From the NCBI RefSeq assembly GCF_009914755.1, contig NC_060937.1: DNA of 64,000 bases; one strand, written 5' to 3'. The position numbers were made by a program, and so were the translations under genes. The stretch comes from the human T2T-CHM13v2.0 reference genome, Homo sapiens. Of the stretch, positions 1 to 13,929 are shown one piece after another. How positions within the stretch are numbered: the stretch's first letter is position 1; every line of letters starts with the position of its first letter. The notes under the pieces are model-generated. The model ran no database searches and was not told the DNA's origin. It saw only the letters and a list, made by a program, of their open reading frames with translations.

Positions 1-812
1 TGGATGAAGGATATGAACAGACACTTTTCAAAAGAAGACATTTAGGCAGCCAACAAACGTGAAAAAAAGCTCATAATCACTGGTCATTAGAGAAACGCAA
101 ATCAAAATCACAATGAGATACCATCTCACGCCAGTTAGAATGGCGATCATTAAAAAGTCAGGAAACAACAGATGCTGGAAAGGATGTGGAGAAATGGGAA
201 CGCTTTTACACTGTTGGTGGGAGTGTAAACTAGTTCAGCCATTGTGGAAGATGGTGTGGTGATTCCTCAAGGATCTAGAACCAGAAATACCATTTGAACC
301 AGCAATCCCATTACTGGGTATATACCCAAAGGATTATAAATCATTCTATTATAAAGACACATGCACACATATGTTTATTGCAGCACTATTCAAAATAGCA
401 AAGACTTGGAACCAACCCAAATGCCCATCAATGATAGACTGGATAAAGAAAACGTGGCACATACACACCATGGAATACTTTGCAGCCATAATGAGTTCAT
501 GTCCTTTGCAGGGACATGGATGAACCTGGAAACCATCATTCTCAGCAAACTAACACAGGAACAGAAAACCAAACACCGCATGTTCTCACTCATAAGTGGG
601 AGTCGAACAGTAAGAACATATAGGGACAGGGAGGAGATTTTCACACACTGGGGCCTGTTGGGGCATGGGGGGCAAGGGGAGGGAAAGCATTAGGGGAAAT
701 ACCTAATGTAGATGATGGGTTGATGGGTATAGCAAGCCACCACGGCACATGTATACCTATGTAACAAACCTGCATATTCTGCACATGTATCCCAGAATTT
801 AAAGTATAAAAA
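1..812 (+). mobile_element. L1PA-family LINE-1 3' end (ORF2 C-terminal remnant plus 3' UTR)
   Basis: Typical L1 ORF2 3' sequence; the ORF track gives SFAGTWMNLETIILSKLTQEQKTKHRMFSLISGS. G-rich 3' UTR ending in AAAGTATAAAAA. Confidence 0.93.
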
Positions 813-1007
813 CATTTTTTTGATTGGCTTTGCTGATGATCTTGAGATCTATGAGAGCCTTAAGTTTCTTGGCAAATAAATAAATAAATAAAAGACATTT
901 TTTATAAGGTTTGAACAGATAGTACATTTATTTTGTTGTTTGAAAAGATAGGTGAGAATTAAAATGTTTAAATGGTGTTTATTTCCAAGGTGATTCTTTT
1001 CATTATT

Positions 1008-1342
<335 letters not shown>

Positions 1343-1515
1343 TGAAATCAATAATTTGAGTTGGTTTCAGATCTTTTTCTTTAATGAGGAAAAACTGTGA
1401 TATGGGTACAAAATTTTAATGCTCAGGAAAAATTGGCCTTGTCCTTACGGAAATTATATTGATTGAGATTTCTTTCAAACTACTTTAATTGTGTTTACTA
1501 TTATTAACATTAAGT

Positions 1516-1807
1516 GCCGGGCGCGGTGGCTCACGCCTGTAATCCCAGCACTTCGGGAGGCCCAGGCCGGCGGATCATGAGGTCAGGAAATCGAGACCAT
1601 CCTGGCTGACACGGTGAAACCCTGTCTCTACTAAAAATACAAAAAATTAGTCGGGCGTGGTAGCAGGTGCCGGTAGTCACAGCTACTCGGGAGGCTGAGG
1701 CAGAATGGCGTTAACCCGGGAGGCGGAGCTTGCAGTGAGCCGAGATGGCGCCACTGCACTCCAGCCTGGGTGACAGAGCAAGACCTCATCTCAAAAAAAA
1801 AAAAAAT
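1516..1807 (+). mobile_element. AluY-like
   Basis: GAGACCATCCTGGCT and GGAGCTTGCAGTGAG diagnostics, CpG-rich, poly(A) tail. Confidence 0.9.
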
Positions 1808-2021
1808 TGACATTGGCTTGGATTAAATAGTAACAACAACAAGTATGAGACTTCCTAGTGATTTTTGATCCCAATGTGTTTATCACTGATGGGCCTTCAT
1901 GTGTGTACTTGAAAACAAAATACATACAAGTGTTGCACTGGTTTGAAAATTTTAGTGGTGAAAGTCACCTAGTCAGTTGACAGTACTGTATCTAGAAACC
2001 AATCTTGGAAATGTATGATGA

Positions 2022-2342
<321 letters not shown>

Positions 2343-2880
2343 AATGATGCTCTTTTAAATAGCTGAAAAGAAATTATTGTGTGCTTGTTCTTACTTTGTC
2401 CTTGTTTTGTTGTATAGTATTTAAGTGAAAGGAGATTATTTATCCCCATACCGAATTTCCAAAACTGGTATTTGTAGTTACCATTTTTTAGTGATGGAGA
2501 GAAATGTTAGTTGTCTTACTTTGATAAGTTCAGCATAGGACCTGTCACATTTTTTATGCTTTTAGCCACAATTCTGTCACTAGAATGCTAGCAATTAGAC
2601 ATATGCAATGAATAACCTAACTACTTTAATATAGTGGTTTGAAGTGCTGCAGGCAGTGGCTCCTAAACACCAAATCACAGTGTTTTAATTTGTGACGTGT
2701 TAGAATGATAGGACTTTCTGGAGTAAAAATATCCTATTAACTAATCCTTGTGCTGTTAAATTACAGGGCTTTGACTCTTGGGTCTGAAGAAGGCACCGAC
2801 TCCTGCTAAATCTTGAGCATTGATACCAGTCAAAGCTTTGTTGTCAGACCTGGGAGAAGCTGACAATGAAAATGATTGGC

Positions 2881-3150
2881 TTTTTTTTTTTTTTTTTTTG
2901 AGACGGAGCCTCACTCTGTCACCCAGGCTGGAGTGCAGTAGTGCAATCTTGGCTCACTGCAACCTCCATCTCCTGGGCTCAAGCAATTCTCTTGCTTCCA
3001 GCCTCTGAGTACCTGGGCTTACAGGCACGTGCCACCATGCCCGGCTAATTTTTGTACTCTTAGCAGAGATGGGGTTTCGCCATGTTGGTCAGGCTGGTCT
3101 CAAATTCCTGACCTAATATGATCTGCCAGTATAAGCTACTGTGCCCAGCC
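2881..3150 (-). mobile_element. Alu with a small left-arm deletion
   Basis: Poly(T) followed by reverse-complement Alu. Confidence 0.88.
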
Positions 3151-3178
3151 GTGATCTGCTTTCAAAAGACACAGGGCT

Positions 3179-3516
<338 letters not shown>

Positions 3517-3581
3517 CTACTGCAGAAGAGGTAGGCACATGAGATTGTAATGGCCGGTTTTGAGGGATAAGATTAGTTCAG

Positions 3582-3912
<331 letters not shown>

Positions 3913-4557
3913 TTAACACCAAAACCACACTGATGCAAGGCCAGCATCTGGGACTTCCTGGAGCATTAATCTGCTCCTTAATAGAAAATTGTAAAAGATT
4001 ATAAAAAGTTTATGGAAATCTTACCTTATGGTCAAACTGATTACAATTGGATAGATTTGTTTATAAGGTTTTATTAAAATTAGTTTTAACATTAATAATA
4101 TACCATATAAAGGTAAAATTTGGTTTCCCTTGAACAAAATGTTCATGTAAGAGATAAGAGATTTTTGAGTAAAACTACAGAAAAAGAGAGGGTTCTTTCC
4201 CTCCTAGTTGGCTTCATGCTGTTTTTATTAGGGCTTATTGTTTGGGAAGCTGAGTCTCCTCACTATCAAAGGGTAACCTGTTTTGTATTATCATTTTTGC
4301 TAAACAAATGGCTATTTTATAGTGACCTATAATCCTATTTTGTGATGTCAAGTGTCTTAAAACTGATCTCTGACAAACTTTCCAATGGCAAAATTTCAAG
4401 CTCTAAATTCAGTCTTTTTGACCTCAAAGTAACTTTTTTGGGTATAAGTTTCCCTGACGTCCAAGAGAGACATATTAGGTTCATTTGGCTTATTTGTTAT
4501 GTTAGAATTATGCAGGAAGCATTGTCAATCTGAGGTGGTGTTCAGCTTCCTTTGGGT

Positions 4558-4863
<306 letters not shown>

Positions 4864-5937
4864 TGAGAGTTCTAAAATTCTGATATGTCTTAATATATGT
4901 TGTCACAGTAATTATTATTATGATGTTAACTTGTATGCCACAGGAATAACAAAATACCCTAGTTAACTGTGCCTTTAACTATGGCTGTCTTAAAACTTTT
5001 GTCATCCACAATTGTAGTTTTGCTTTGATCCTTCTCAAAAAGTGACTTATAATCAGCTACAGTCCAGGGCTTTCTTCTTTGGGGAAGTTTATGAAAAATT
5101 CAACCTCTCAAATGCAGGTTTCTTATAACTTTGTAGACTGTGCCATTGGATTAGAGAGAAAACTTCCAGGGCACTAATTGAAATGCTGATATGTTCATAA
5201 AGATTGCTAACTCAATATGAAGCATACCAGAAGTTGATTGCATGGACTGAATTAATGGAGACTGAAATAATTTTTTATGGTTTTTTTGTTTGAAATATTG
5301 CTGATTCTTTTTGTTTTGTTTTTCAGAGTCTGGAGAATTTTTTTCTTTGGAGCTTTTTATTGCCTCTGAGTATACTTTAAGTATATTGAATACAGTATGC
5401 TTTCCTCAAACAGAATTTGAGGCATAGTTCTCTCTATGCCTAATTTATCCAGAATTTGTAAATTATTTGTGAATATTCTTAATTCATGGCAATGTGTTTG
5501 CTTGCATAAGTTCAATAAGAATCTATTTTATTTTATACTGCGACACAGATGGATGAACTGGCTATTTTCCCAGGTCTTTGACTGAAATGGCCTTGTGAGA
5601 GGTTCCAGCAAGGCCAATTTAGGAGAGCCTATGTGGACAGCAATTCTTGCTGCACTTTGTGGGGTAATCAAGCCACGTTTATGGGATTGCAGCTTATTTC
5701 GCAGGTAGGTTTGTCTTGCTGAGATTTGTCTTTGGTGGAAGTAGGGGACTGGAAAAAGAAAGATTGTTTCAGAAGAAAAGGATAGTATTAAATTAACCTT
5801 TGATTCCTGGGGGGCCACAGAGTCACCCATGGTATGAGGCTGCCCAGGATGCCCCTCATCAATATCAAGCAGCCAGAATGATCAACAAGATTCCCCATGA
5901 ATGAGGAATTGATATTTATGTATATACTATATTATTC

Positions 5938-6225
5938 TTTTTTTTAAGATGGGGTCTCACTCTATCGCCCAGGCTGGAATGCTGTGGTGCCATCTTGGCT
6001 CAGTGTAACCTCTGCCTCCTGGTCCAAGTGATTCTCCTGCCTCAGCCCCCTGAGTAGCTGGGACTACAGGTGTGCACCACCATGCCTGACTAATTTTGTG
6101 TTTTTAATAGAGTTGTGGTTTCAGTATATTGGCCAGGCTGGTCTTGAAATCCTGACCTCAAGTGATCTGGCTGCCTCAGCCTCCCAAAGTGCTGGGATTA
6201 CAATCGTGAGTCACCGCACCCAGCC
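5938..6225 (-). mobile_element. AluS-like inside the duplicated cassette
   Basis: Shares unusual changes with 24952-25238 (GTGGTTTCAG.ATATTGGCCAG, CTTGAAATCCTGACC). Confidence 0.9.
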
Positions 6226-6255
6226 TATTTAAAAAAAAAAAACCCAAGAAACTGT

Positions 6256-6349
6256 AAACCATTTAAATTTAGCAGTGGAGGGTTTTATACCAACTTTAGT
6301 GACACTAAATGTTAGTAAGTTCTGATAACCCACTATCATTGGACCAAAC
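6256..6349 (-). ncRNA. Y4 RNA (RNY4) pseudogene, copy A
   Basis: Reverse complement reads GTTTGGTCCAATGATAGTGGGTTATCAGAACTTACTAACATTTAGTGTCACTAAAGTTGGTATAAAACCCTCCACTGCTAAATTT, matching recalled hY4 with substitutions. Confidence 0.9.
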
Positions 6350-7029
6350 TGTACTATAATTTTTGTCATTATTTTAGAGTGTACTGTTAGAAGTTAACCG
6401 TAAAACAGCCTCAGGCAGGTCCTTCAGGAGGTGTCCAAAAAAGGGCATTGTTATCACAGGAGGTGACAGCTCCATGCCTGTTATTGCCCCTGAAGACCCT
6501 CCAGTGGGACAAGATGTGGAGATGGAAGACAGTGATATTGATGATCCTGACCCTGTGTAGGCTGAGGCTAATGTGTGTGTCTATGTCTTGGTTTTTTAAC
6601 AAAAAACTATTAAAACGTAAAAACAAGAAAAATTTAATAGAAAAAAGCTTATAAAATAAGGATATAAAGAAGACATTTTTGTACAGCTGTACAATATGTT
6701 TGTGTTGTAAGTGAAGTGTTATTACAAAAAAGTAAAAAAGATTAAAAAAGTTTAAACATTTATAAAGTTAAAAAGTTACAGTAAGCTAAGGTTAATTTAT
6801 TATTGAAGAAAACAACTTTAATTAATTAGTGTAGCTTAAGCGTGCAGTGCTTGTGAAGTCTGCAGTAGTGTATAGTAGTGCCCTAGGCCTTCACATTCAC
6901 TCACCACTTACTAACTCACCCACAGCCATTTCCAATCTTGCAAGCTCCATTTATTTATGGTAAGTACTCTATACAAGCAGATCTTTTAAAAAACATTTTA
7001 TACTATATTTTTACAGTATCTTTTCTATG

Positions 7030-10022
7030 GGCCTGTAAGGCCTGTGGGTTCTCGCGTCCCCCAGCTCCCCCCGCAGCCGGCTCCTCAGTGGTCCGCTCCG
7101 GTTGCCAGATGCGGATTCTGTTCCTAACTGAAGGCTGAGTGTTCTTCGCCATTAACTGTGGCCCCGACAGGCCTGGGTTACTGCGGCCACCGCCACAGCA
7201 GCCTTGGCGCTATGGAGGAGCCCGGGGCTACCCCTCAGCCTTACTGGGGGCTGGTCCTGGAGGAGCCACGCAGGGTTGTGGCAGCACTGCCTGAAGGCAG
7301 GAGACCAGATTCGAATCCTTATGGATTTCCATGGGAATTGGTGATATGTGCAGCTGTCCTTGGATTTGTTGCTGTTCCCTTTTTCTTGTGGAGAAGTTTT
7401 AGATCGGTTAGGAGTCGGCTTTATGTGGGAAGAGAGAAAGAGCTTGCTGTAGCGCTTTCTGGACTAATTGAAGAAAAATGTAGACTACTTGAAAAATTTA
7501 GCCTTGTTCAAAAAGAGTATGAAGGCTATGAAGCAGAGTCACCTTTAGAGGATGCCAGCTTTGAGAAGGAGGCAACAGAAGCACAAAGTTTGGAGGCAAA
7601 CTGTGAAAAGCTGAACAGGTCCAATTCTGAACTGGAGCATGAAATACTCTGTCTAGAAAAGGAGTTAAAAGAAGATAAATCTAAACATTCTGAACAAGAT
7701 GAGGTGATGGCGGATATTTCCAAAAGGATACAGTCTCTAGAAGATGAGTCAAAATCCCTAAAATCACTGCTAGCTGAAGCCAAAATGACCTTCAAGAGAT
7801 TTCAAATGAATGAAGAACAAATGAAGATAGCAATACAAGATGCTTTGAATGAAAATTCTCAACTTCAGGAAAGCCAGAAACAGCTTTTGCAAGAAGCTGA
7901 AGTATGGAAAGAACAAGTGAGTGAACTTAATAAACAGAAAATAACATTTGAAGACTCCAAAGTACACGCAGAACAAGTTCTAAATGATAAAGAAAATCAC
8001 ATCGAGACTCTGACTGAACGCTTGCTAAAGATCAAAGATCGGGCTGCTATGCTGGAAGAAGACATAACAGATGATGAAAACTTGGAATTAGAAATGAACA
8101 GTGAATCGGAAGATGGTGCTTACTTAGATAATCCTCCAAAAGGAGCTTTGAAGAAACTGATTCATACTGCTAAGTTAAATGCTTCTTTAACAACCTTAGA
8201 AGGAGTAAGAAACCAAATCTATATTCAGTTATCTGAAGTTGATAAAACCAAGGAAGAGCTTAGAGAGCATATTAAAAATCTTCAGACGGAACAAGCATCT
8301 TTGCAGTCAGAAAACACATATTTTGAAAGTGAGAATCAGAAGCTTCAACAGAAACTTAAGGTAATGACTGAATTATATCAAGAAAATGAAATGAAACTCT
8401 ACAGGAAATTAATAGTAGAGGAAAATAACCGGCTAGAGAAAGAGAAATTTTCTAAAGTAGACGAAATGATCAGCCATGCCACTGAGGAGCTGGAGACCTA
8501 CAGAAAGCGAGCCAAATATCTTGAAGAAGAACTTGAGAGAACTATTCATTTTTATCAAGGGAAGATTATATACCATGAGAAAAAAGCACATGATAATTGT
8601 TTGGCAGCACAGACCGCTGAAAGAAACCTCAATGATTTAAGGAAAGAAAATGCTCACAACAGACAAAAATTAATTGAAACAGACTTTAAAATTAAATTTT
8701 TAGAAAAAGATCCTTATGCACTTGATGTTCCAAACACAGCATTTGGCAGAGAGCATTCCTCATATGGTCCCTCACCATTGGGTCGGCCTTCATCTGAAAC
8801 GAGAGCTTTTCTCTATCCTCCAACTTTGTCGGAGGGTCCACTCAGACTCTCACCTTTCCCTCCAGGGGGAGGAGGAAGAGGCCCAAGAGGCCCAGGGAAT
8901 CCTCTGGACCACCAGATTACCAGTGAAAGAGGAGAATCAAGCTGTAATAGGTTTACTGATCCTCACAAGGCTCCTTCTGACACTGGGCCCCTGTCACCTC
9001 CGTGGGAACAGGACCGTAGGATGATGTTTCCTCCACCAGGACAATCATATCCTGATTCAGCTCTTCCTCCACAAAGGCAAGACAGATTTTATTCTAATTG
9101 TGCTAGACGCTCTGGACCAGCAGAACTCAGAAGTTTTAATATGCCTTCTTTGGATAAAATGGATGGGTCAGTGCATTCAGAAATGGAATTCAGTGGAAAT
9201 GATACCAAAGATAATCTTGGTAATTTAAATGTGCCTGATTCATCTCTCCCCGCTGAAAGTGAAGCAACTGGCCCTGGCTTTGTTCCTCCACCTCTTGCTC
9301 CAATCAGAGGTCCGTTGTTTCCAGTGGATACGAGGGGCCCGTTCATGAGAAGAGGACCTCCTTTCCCTCCACCTCCTCCAGGAACCATGTTTGGAGCTTC
9401 TCCAGATTATTTTCCACCAAGGGATGTCCCAGGTCCACCACGTGCTCCATTTGCAATGAGAAATGTCTGTCCACCGAGGGGTTTTCCTCCTTACCTTCCC
9501 CCAAGACCTGGATTTTCCCCCCCTACCCGCACATTCTGAAGGTAGAGTGAGTTCCCTTTAGGGTTGAGTCTGCCTTCAAATGAGCCTGCTGCTGAAGATC
9601 CAGAACCACGGCAAGAAACTTGACAATATTTTTGCTCTCTTCAAAAGTCATTTTGACTATTCTCATTTTCAGTTGAAGTAACTGTTGTTACTTCAGTGAT
9701 TACACTTTTGCTCATATTCAAACTTAATGGAATTATAATTCTCAGGATAGTATTTTGTAAATAAAGATGATTTAAATATGAATCTTATGAGTAAATTATT
9801 TCCATATCATTTTATTCTAGATAGTATAACTATTTTAATTTGTTTAACTAATCCACTATTATATAAACAACAGTGGGAGATTTATAGATGTAATCTTGCA
9901 GGTGGGGAGGCTTTACATTTGAAAGGCCATGGCATTATGCCAAGAACTGTATTTACTGTGGTTGTAGACAAATGTGAAAGTAACTTTATGCTTAATTAAA
10001 TAAATTTTACTTGATTAAAAAA
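7030..10022 (+). pseudogene. CTAGE10P: Processed retrocopy of cTAGE5/MIA2 (CTAGE family) including 5' UTR, 3' UTR and poly(A) remnant; position matches human CTAGE10P
   Basis: Intronless; CpG-rich leader 7030-7211; AATAAA at 9999-10004 followed by A6 at 10017-10022. Symbol assigned by recalled synteny with SPRYD7. Confidence 0.85.
7212..9539 (+). CDS. CTAGE10P: Intact CTAGE-family ORF, 775 aa: N-terminal transmembrane segment, long coiled coil, proline-rich C-terminus
   Basis: ATG at 7212 (GCTATGG) starts [11 protein letters not shown] as in cTAGE5. No internal stop before TGA at 9537-9539. TM segment [20 protein letters not shown]. Expression is not demonstrated. Confidence 0.7.
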   Translation: MEEPGATPQPYWGLVLEEPRRVVAALPEGRRPDSNPYGFPWELVICAAVLGFVAVPFFLWRSFRSVRSRLYVGREKELAVALSGLIEEKCRLLEKFSLVQKEYEGYEAESPLEDASFEKEATEAQSLEANCEKLNRSNSELEHEILCLEKELKEDKSKHSEQDEVMADISKRIQSLEDESKSLKSLLAEAKMTFKRFQMNEEQMKIAIQDALNENSQLQESQKQLLQEAEVWKEQVSELNKQKITFEDSKVHAEQVLNDKENHIETLTERLLKIKDRAAMLEEDITDDENLELEMNSESEDGAYLDNPPKGALKKLIHTAKLNASLTTLEGVRNQIYIQLSEVDKTKEELREHIKNLQTEQASLQSENTYFESENQKLQQKLKVMTELYQENEMKLYRKLIVEENNRLEKEKFSKVDEMISHATEELETYRKRAKYLEEELERTIHFYQGKIIYHEKKAHDNCLAAQTAERNLNDLRKENAHNRQKLIETDFKIKFLEKDPYALDVPNTAFGREHSSYGPSPLGRPSSETRAFLYPPTLSEGPLRLSPFPPGGGGRGPRGPGNPLDHQITSERGESSCNRFTDPHKAPSDTGPLSPPWEQDRRMMFPPPGQSYPDSALPPQRQDRFYSNCARRSGPAELRSFNMPSLDKMDGSVHSEMEFSGNDTKDNLGNLNVPDSSLPAESEATGPGFVPPPLAPIRGPLFPVDTRGPFMRRGPPFPPPPPGTMFGASPDYFPPRDVPGPPRAPFAMRNVCPPRGFPPYLPPRPGFSPPTRTF

Positions 10023-10027
10023 TATAT

Positions 10028-10580
10028 ATAGGTTGCATTATTCTTCAGGTATGGAGAGACCAACAGATCAAGTGTCGATTACCACTGAAAAAATGGTTTG
10101 TTACTCACAGATCCCAACAGAAGGGAAAGTACTATGCCATGCAGCACTGAATAGGGAGGCAGTATGGTCAGCGAGAAGGCAGGAGTGATGGAAAAACATG
10201 GGCAAGAGCCTTTACAGTGGCTTCCATGGGAAGGAATGAGTGAGGCAAGGTGAGCAGGGTTAAGGTTAGCTATTATAATTTGAGTAATTTCAGCAGGCTC
10301 TGGGTATAAGGGCTGTCCCTAGTTGTCTGGTACCTGGCCCTGGGGCGCTTAGGGCAGAGGAATGTGGCCTAGAGTGTGTGAGTCCTGTGGAAGCCTGATG
10401 AAATAGGTGACTGGGGGCATGAGCTCTGGACTGGTTAGCTTGTGTGTGAAAAGCACGCTCATGGGCAGATTGTTTACTGTCTCTAGGAATTGGCTAACCC
10501 TGGTAGGGACAGGCCTGCCAAGGTCAGCAAGGCCCTAGATGTCGAAGTGTCAGAATACATAAAAAGACATGGTTAATATG
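10028..10580. mobile_element. LTR, MER68/MER77/MER21-group-like
   Basis: GGAGAGACCAACAGATCA...TTACTCACAG...AAAAGACATGGTTAATA resembles the recalled consensus. Confidence 0.65.
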
Positions 10581-10696
10581 GTATCAGAGCCTCTGTCTTC
10601 ACATGGCCTCTCATGAAGGGCTCTAGAATGAGCTCCCTTAGGGGATGTCAAAGGCCATTCAAGACAGCAGAAGCCACAAGGCCACGTAAAGCTTCA

Positions 10697-10941
10697 GTAA
10701 TATCTAAAAGAAGATATTAAGAGTAATATCTCCCCTAGATATTACAAATCATATTATCAAAGAATGTACACCCCCGTGATATTGGAGAAATACCTCCCTT
10801 AGAAATTACAAAGAATTTCATCACAAGGTGTACCCTCACTGTGATATTAGGAGTAATATCTCCCTTATATATTATGAATAATATCATTACGGGGTGTATA
10901 CCCACTGTGATATTAGGAATAATATCTCCCTTAGATATTAT
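10697..10941 (-). repeat. SATR1/SATR2-like ~63-bp palindromic satellite, about 4 units, inverted relative to the 16-17.7 kb array
   Basis: Repeats of GATATTAGGAGTAATATCTCCCTTAGATATTATGAATAATATCA...GTGTACACCCACTGT. Confidence 0.85.
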
Positions 10942-11465
10942 GAAAGGGACCAAGAAACCTTCTATTTCATTGTTTGCTGTGCCTAGCATCCATTCTGTAG
11001 ATCACTCCGTTGTTCAAGTGGCTGCTGAGGCTGTAGCCATTACCTTCTCATTTTGGTCATAAGAAGATGGAAGCTAGGAAGAAAGTACACATCCAACCCT
11101 TTAAAGATAGTTCCTGGAAATTACACATATCACATCTGCTCACATCCTGTGGGCCAGAAGAAATAAATAACATAGTATATCTAGCTGCAAGTGAGGCTGA
11201 AAAATATCATTATTCCCTATAACCACGTGGTCAGCTAAAAACAAAAAATTGCATTACTAAAGAAGAGTAAAACAGAACAGATATTGAAAGATAACAAGCA
11301 GTCTCTGACGCAGCATCTAAGAATAATTATTCCTTTTCCTGATATCCTGAGCACTAAGATCTAGCTCAAAGTTCAGCCTTCACTTTGACAGCCATTAGAG
11401 AAAGTAAATGCACTTCATAAACTAGGGAAATGAGAATTAATGAATCTCAGGGTTCCCCTCCGCCC

Positions 11466-12198
11466 TTTTTTTGGAGACGGATTCTCATTCTGTCACCCAT
11501 GCTGGAGTGCAGTGGAGCTGCGATCTTGGCTCCTGAAACCTCCACCTCTGGAGTTCAAGCGATTCTCCTGCCTCGACCTCCTGAGTAGCTAGGATTACAG
11601 GTGTGTGCCACCACACCCAGCTAATTTGTGTATTTTTAGTAAAGACAGGGTTTCACTGTGTTGGCCAGGCTGGTCTCGAACTCCTGACCTCAAGTGATCT
11701 GGCCACCTTGGCCTCCCAAAGTGCTGGGATTACAGGGGATTACAGGGGGAGCCACCACACCCGGCCTTTTTTTCCCTTTGTAAAAACCCTCTTCATTAAT
11801 ACTAAGAGTGTTCTTGAAAGCTACAGAGAAATAAATCTCCCTTTCAGTGAATTGATAAGGCCCTGGTTATTTCCTCTTCACTTCACAAGATTTTTTTTTT
11901 TTTTGAGACCGGATTTTGCTCTGTTGCCCAGACTGGAGTGCAGTGGGACAATCATTGCTCACTGCAGCCTTGACATCCTGGACTCAAGCAGTCCTCCTGC
12001 CTCAGCCTCCCCAGTAGCTGGAATGACAGGCACAGTCCACAACACCTGGCTAATTTTTAATGTTTAATTTTTTGTTGTTGTTATAGATACAGGGTCTCAC
12101 CACGTTGTCCAGGCTAGTCTCAAACTCCTGGGCTCAAGACATCCTCCCACCTCAGCCTCCCAAACTGCTGGGATTAGAGGCTTGAGTCATCATGCCTG
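11466..12198 (-). mobile_element. Two Alus (about 11466-11766 AluS-like; about 11890-12198 AluJ-like)
   Basis: Two reverse-complement Alu dimers. Confidence 0.88.
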
Positions 12199-12803
12199 GC
12201 GCACTTCACAAGATTTAAGACATTGTCTCAGATTCTCAACATCTCCTGGACCTTGGCCACAGCCTCCTATTTGTTTTCTTGTCTCTGCTCTCTCCCTACT
12301 CCAAACCATTGCCTACCCTTCCGCTGGAGTTACTAAATCTGCCTATGTAAAACGCTCCTTTGGTTCCTAGAGGATAAAGGATTACTTCCTTAGCCTACAT
12401 ATGAGACCCTCCACTGTGGGTCCCAGCCTCCTTTCACCCCTGCCCCTGCCTACCGCTCACTGTTCCCTGGCCAGGCCTGTGCTTGTGCACATTGCTTCCT
12501 CTGCCTGGAATGTGCGTCTCTTTAGGTTGAGACTATCCTGTTTATCTCTGAAAAACTGGTTCTATTCCTCCCCTATCCCAAGAAAGAACAGGTAATTGTT
12601 CCCTCTGCTATGTTCCCATTACACTTTCTTTGTAGAGTCACACTGTAATGATCTCTTCACAGATCTCTTGTCCTGATCACTCTGTAAGCTCCTCAGAGGC
12701 AAAGAACATCATGTCTTACCAAGTTACCTACATACCAAGGGCTGTCTGGTGCCTGACGCAAACAGAACAGAATGAAGTAGAGGCTCAGCAAAAGCTAGTG
12801 GTC

Positions 12804-13106
12804 GGCCAGGAGTGGTGGCCCATGTCTGTAATCTCAGCACTGTGGAAGGTCAAGGTGGGTGGATCACCTGAGGTCAGGAGTTCGAGAACAGCCTGGTCAG
12901 CATGGTGAAACCCCATGTCTACTAAAAATACAAAAATTAGCTAGGCGTGGTGTTGGGTGTATGTAATACCAGCTCCTCGGGAGGCTGAGGCAGGAGAATT
13001 GCCTGAACCCAGAAGGTGGAGGTTGCAGTGATCCTAGATCTCATCACTGCACTCCAGCCTGGGTGACAAGAGTGAAATTCCATCTCAAAAAAAAAAAAAA
13101 AAAAAA
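12804..13106 (+). mobile_element. AluS-like
   Basis: TSD AAAAGCT(A/G)GTGGTC. Confidence 0.9.
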
Positions 13107-13237
13107 GCTGGTGGTCAGATCGATGGAAACAAATTCATGAAAATGTTTCCTTCAACCTGAGAAAGCTGATTAATAAAAGAAAAACATGTAAAATAAAATA
13201 AAATGTTTCTGTCTGGCAATGATCAGAATCATATTTG

Positions 13238-13540
<303 letters not shown>

Positions 13541-13761
13541 TGCATATTTGCTTTTCTTAACTAGGTTGCACTTAATACCTATTATAGTCAACAGACTGAG
13601 TTGAAGTCTTAAGAGACACATCAAACATTCACTTATTCACTCAGAGGGGCCAGATTTGGTGCCAGACCTCTAGTGAGGAGGCCACTAGAGTAACCTGGGG
13701 GAGAAATGGGTGGCTCAGCCACTAGAACCAACTAAGAAGACCACAATTATTAAAATTTTAA

Positions 13762-13929
13762 TTATTTATTTAGAAACAGGGTCTTGCTATGTTGCCTGTG
13801 CTGGAGTGCGGTGGCTATTCACAGGCATGATCATAGCTCACTAAGCCTCAAACTCCTGGGTTCAAGCCATCCTCCAGCCTCAGCCTCTCAAGTAGCTGGG
13901 ACCACAGGTGCATGCCACTATGCCTGGCT
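13762..13929 (-). mobile_element. FAM-like fossil Alu monomer
   Basis: Monomer with the GGCTATTCACAGG segment; TSD AAGACCACAA. Confidence 0.75.

Larger units (their letters stand above)
5911..7029 (+). repeat. Duplicated cassette, copy A (internal Tigger3b fragment + Alu + Y4 pseudogene); paralog of about 24927-26359
   Basis: Colinear with 24927-26359, with the same Alu and Y4 insertions at the same Tigger position. Similarity ends at ...TATCTTTTCTATG (7029 vs 26359). Confidence 0.92.

Noticed and set aside
361-693. 110-aa ORF
   Set aside because: Frameshifted remnant of the L1 ORF2 C-terminus.
7158-7211. GTG-initiated 18-aa extension of the CTAGE ORF (793 aa)
   Set aside because: The parental start MEEPG is the ATG at 7212 in good context. 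The upstream part is retrocopied leader.
10010-10035. Target-site duplication for the CTAGE retrocopy
   Set aside because: No convincing match at 7030 or 5911; only weak AT-rich similarity.
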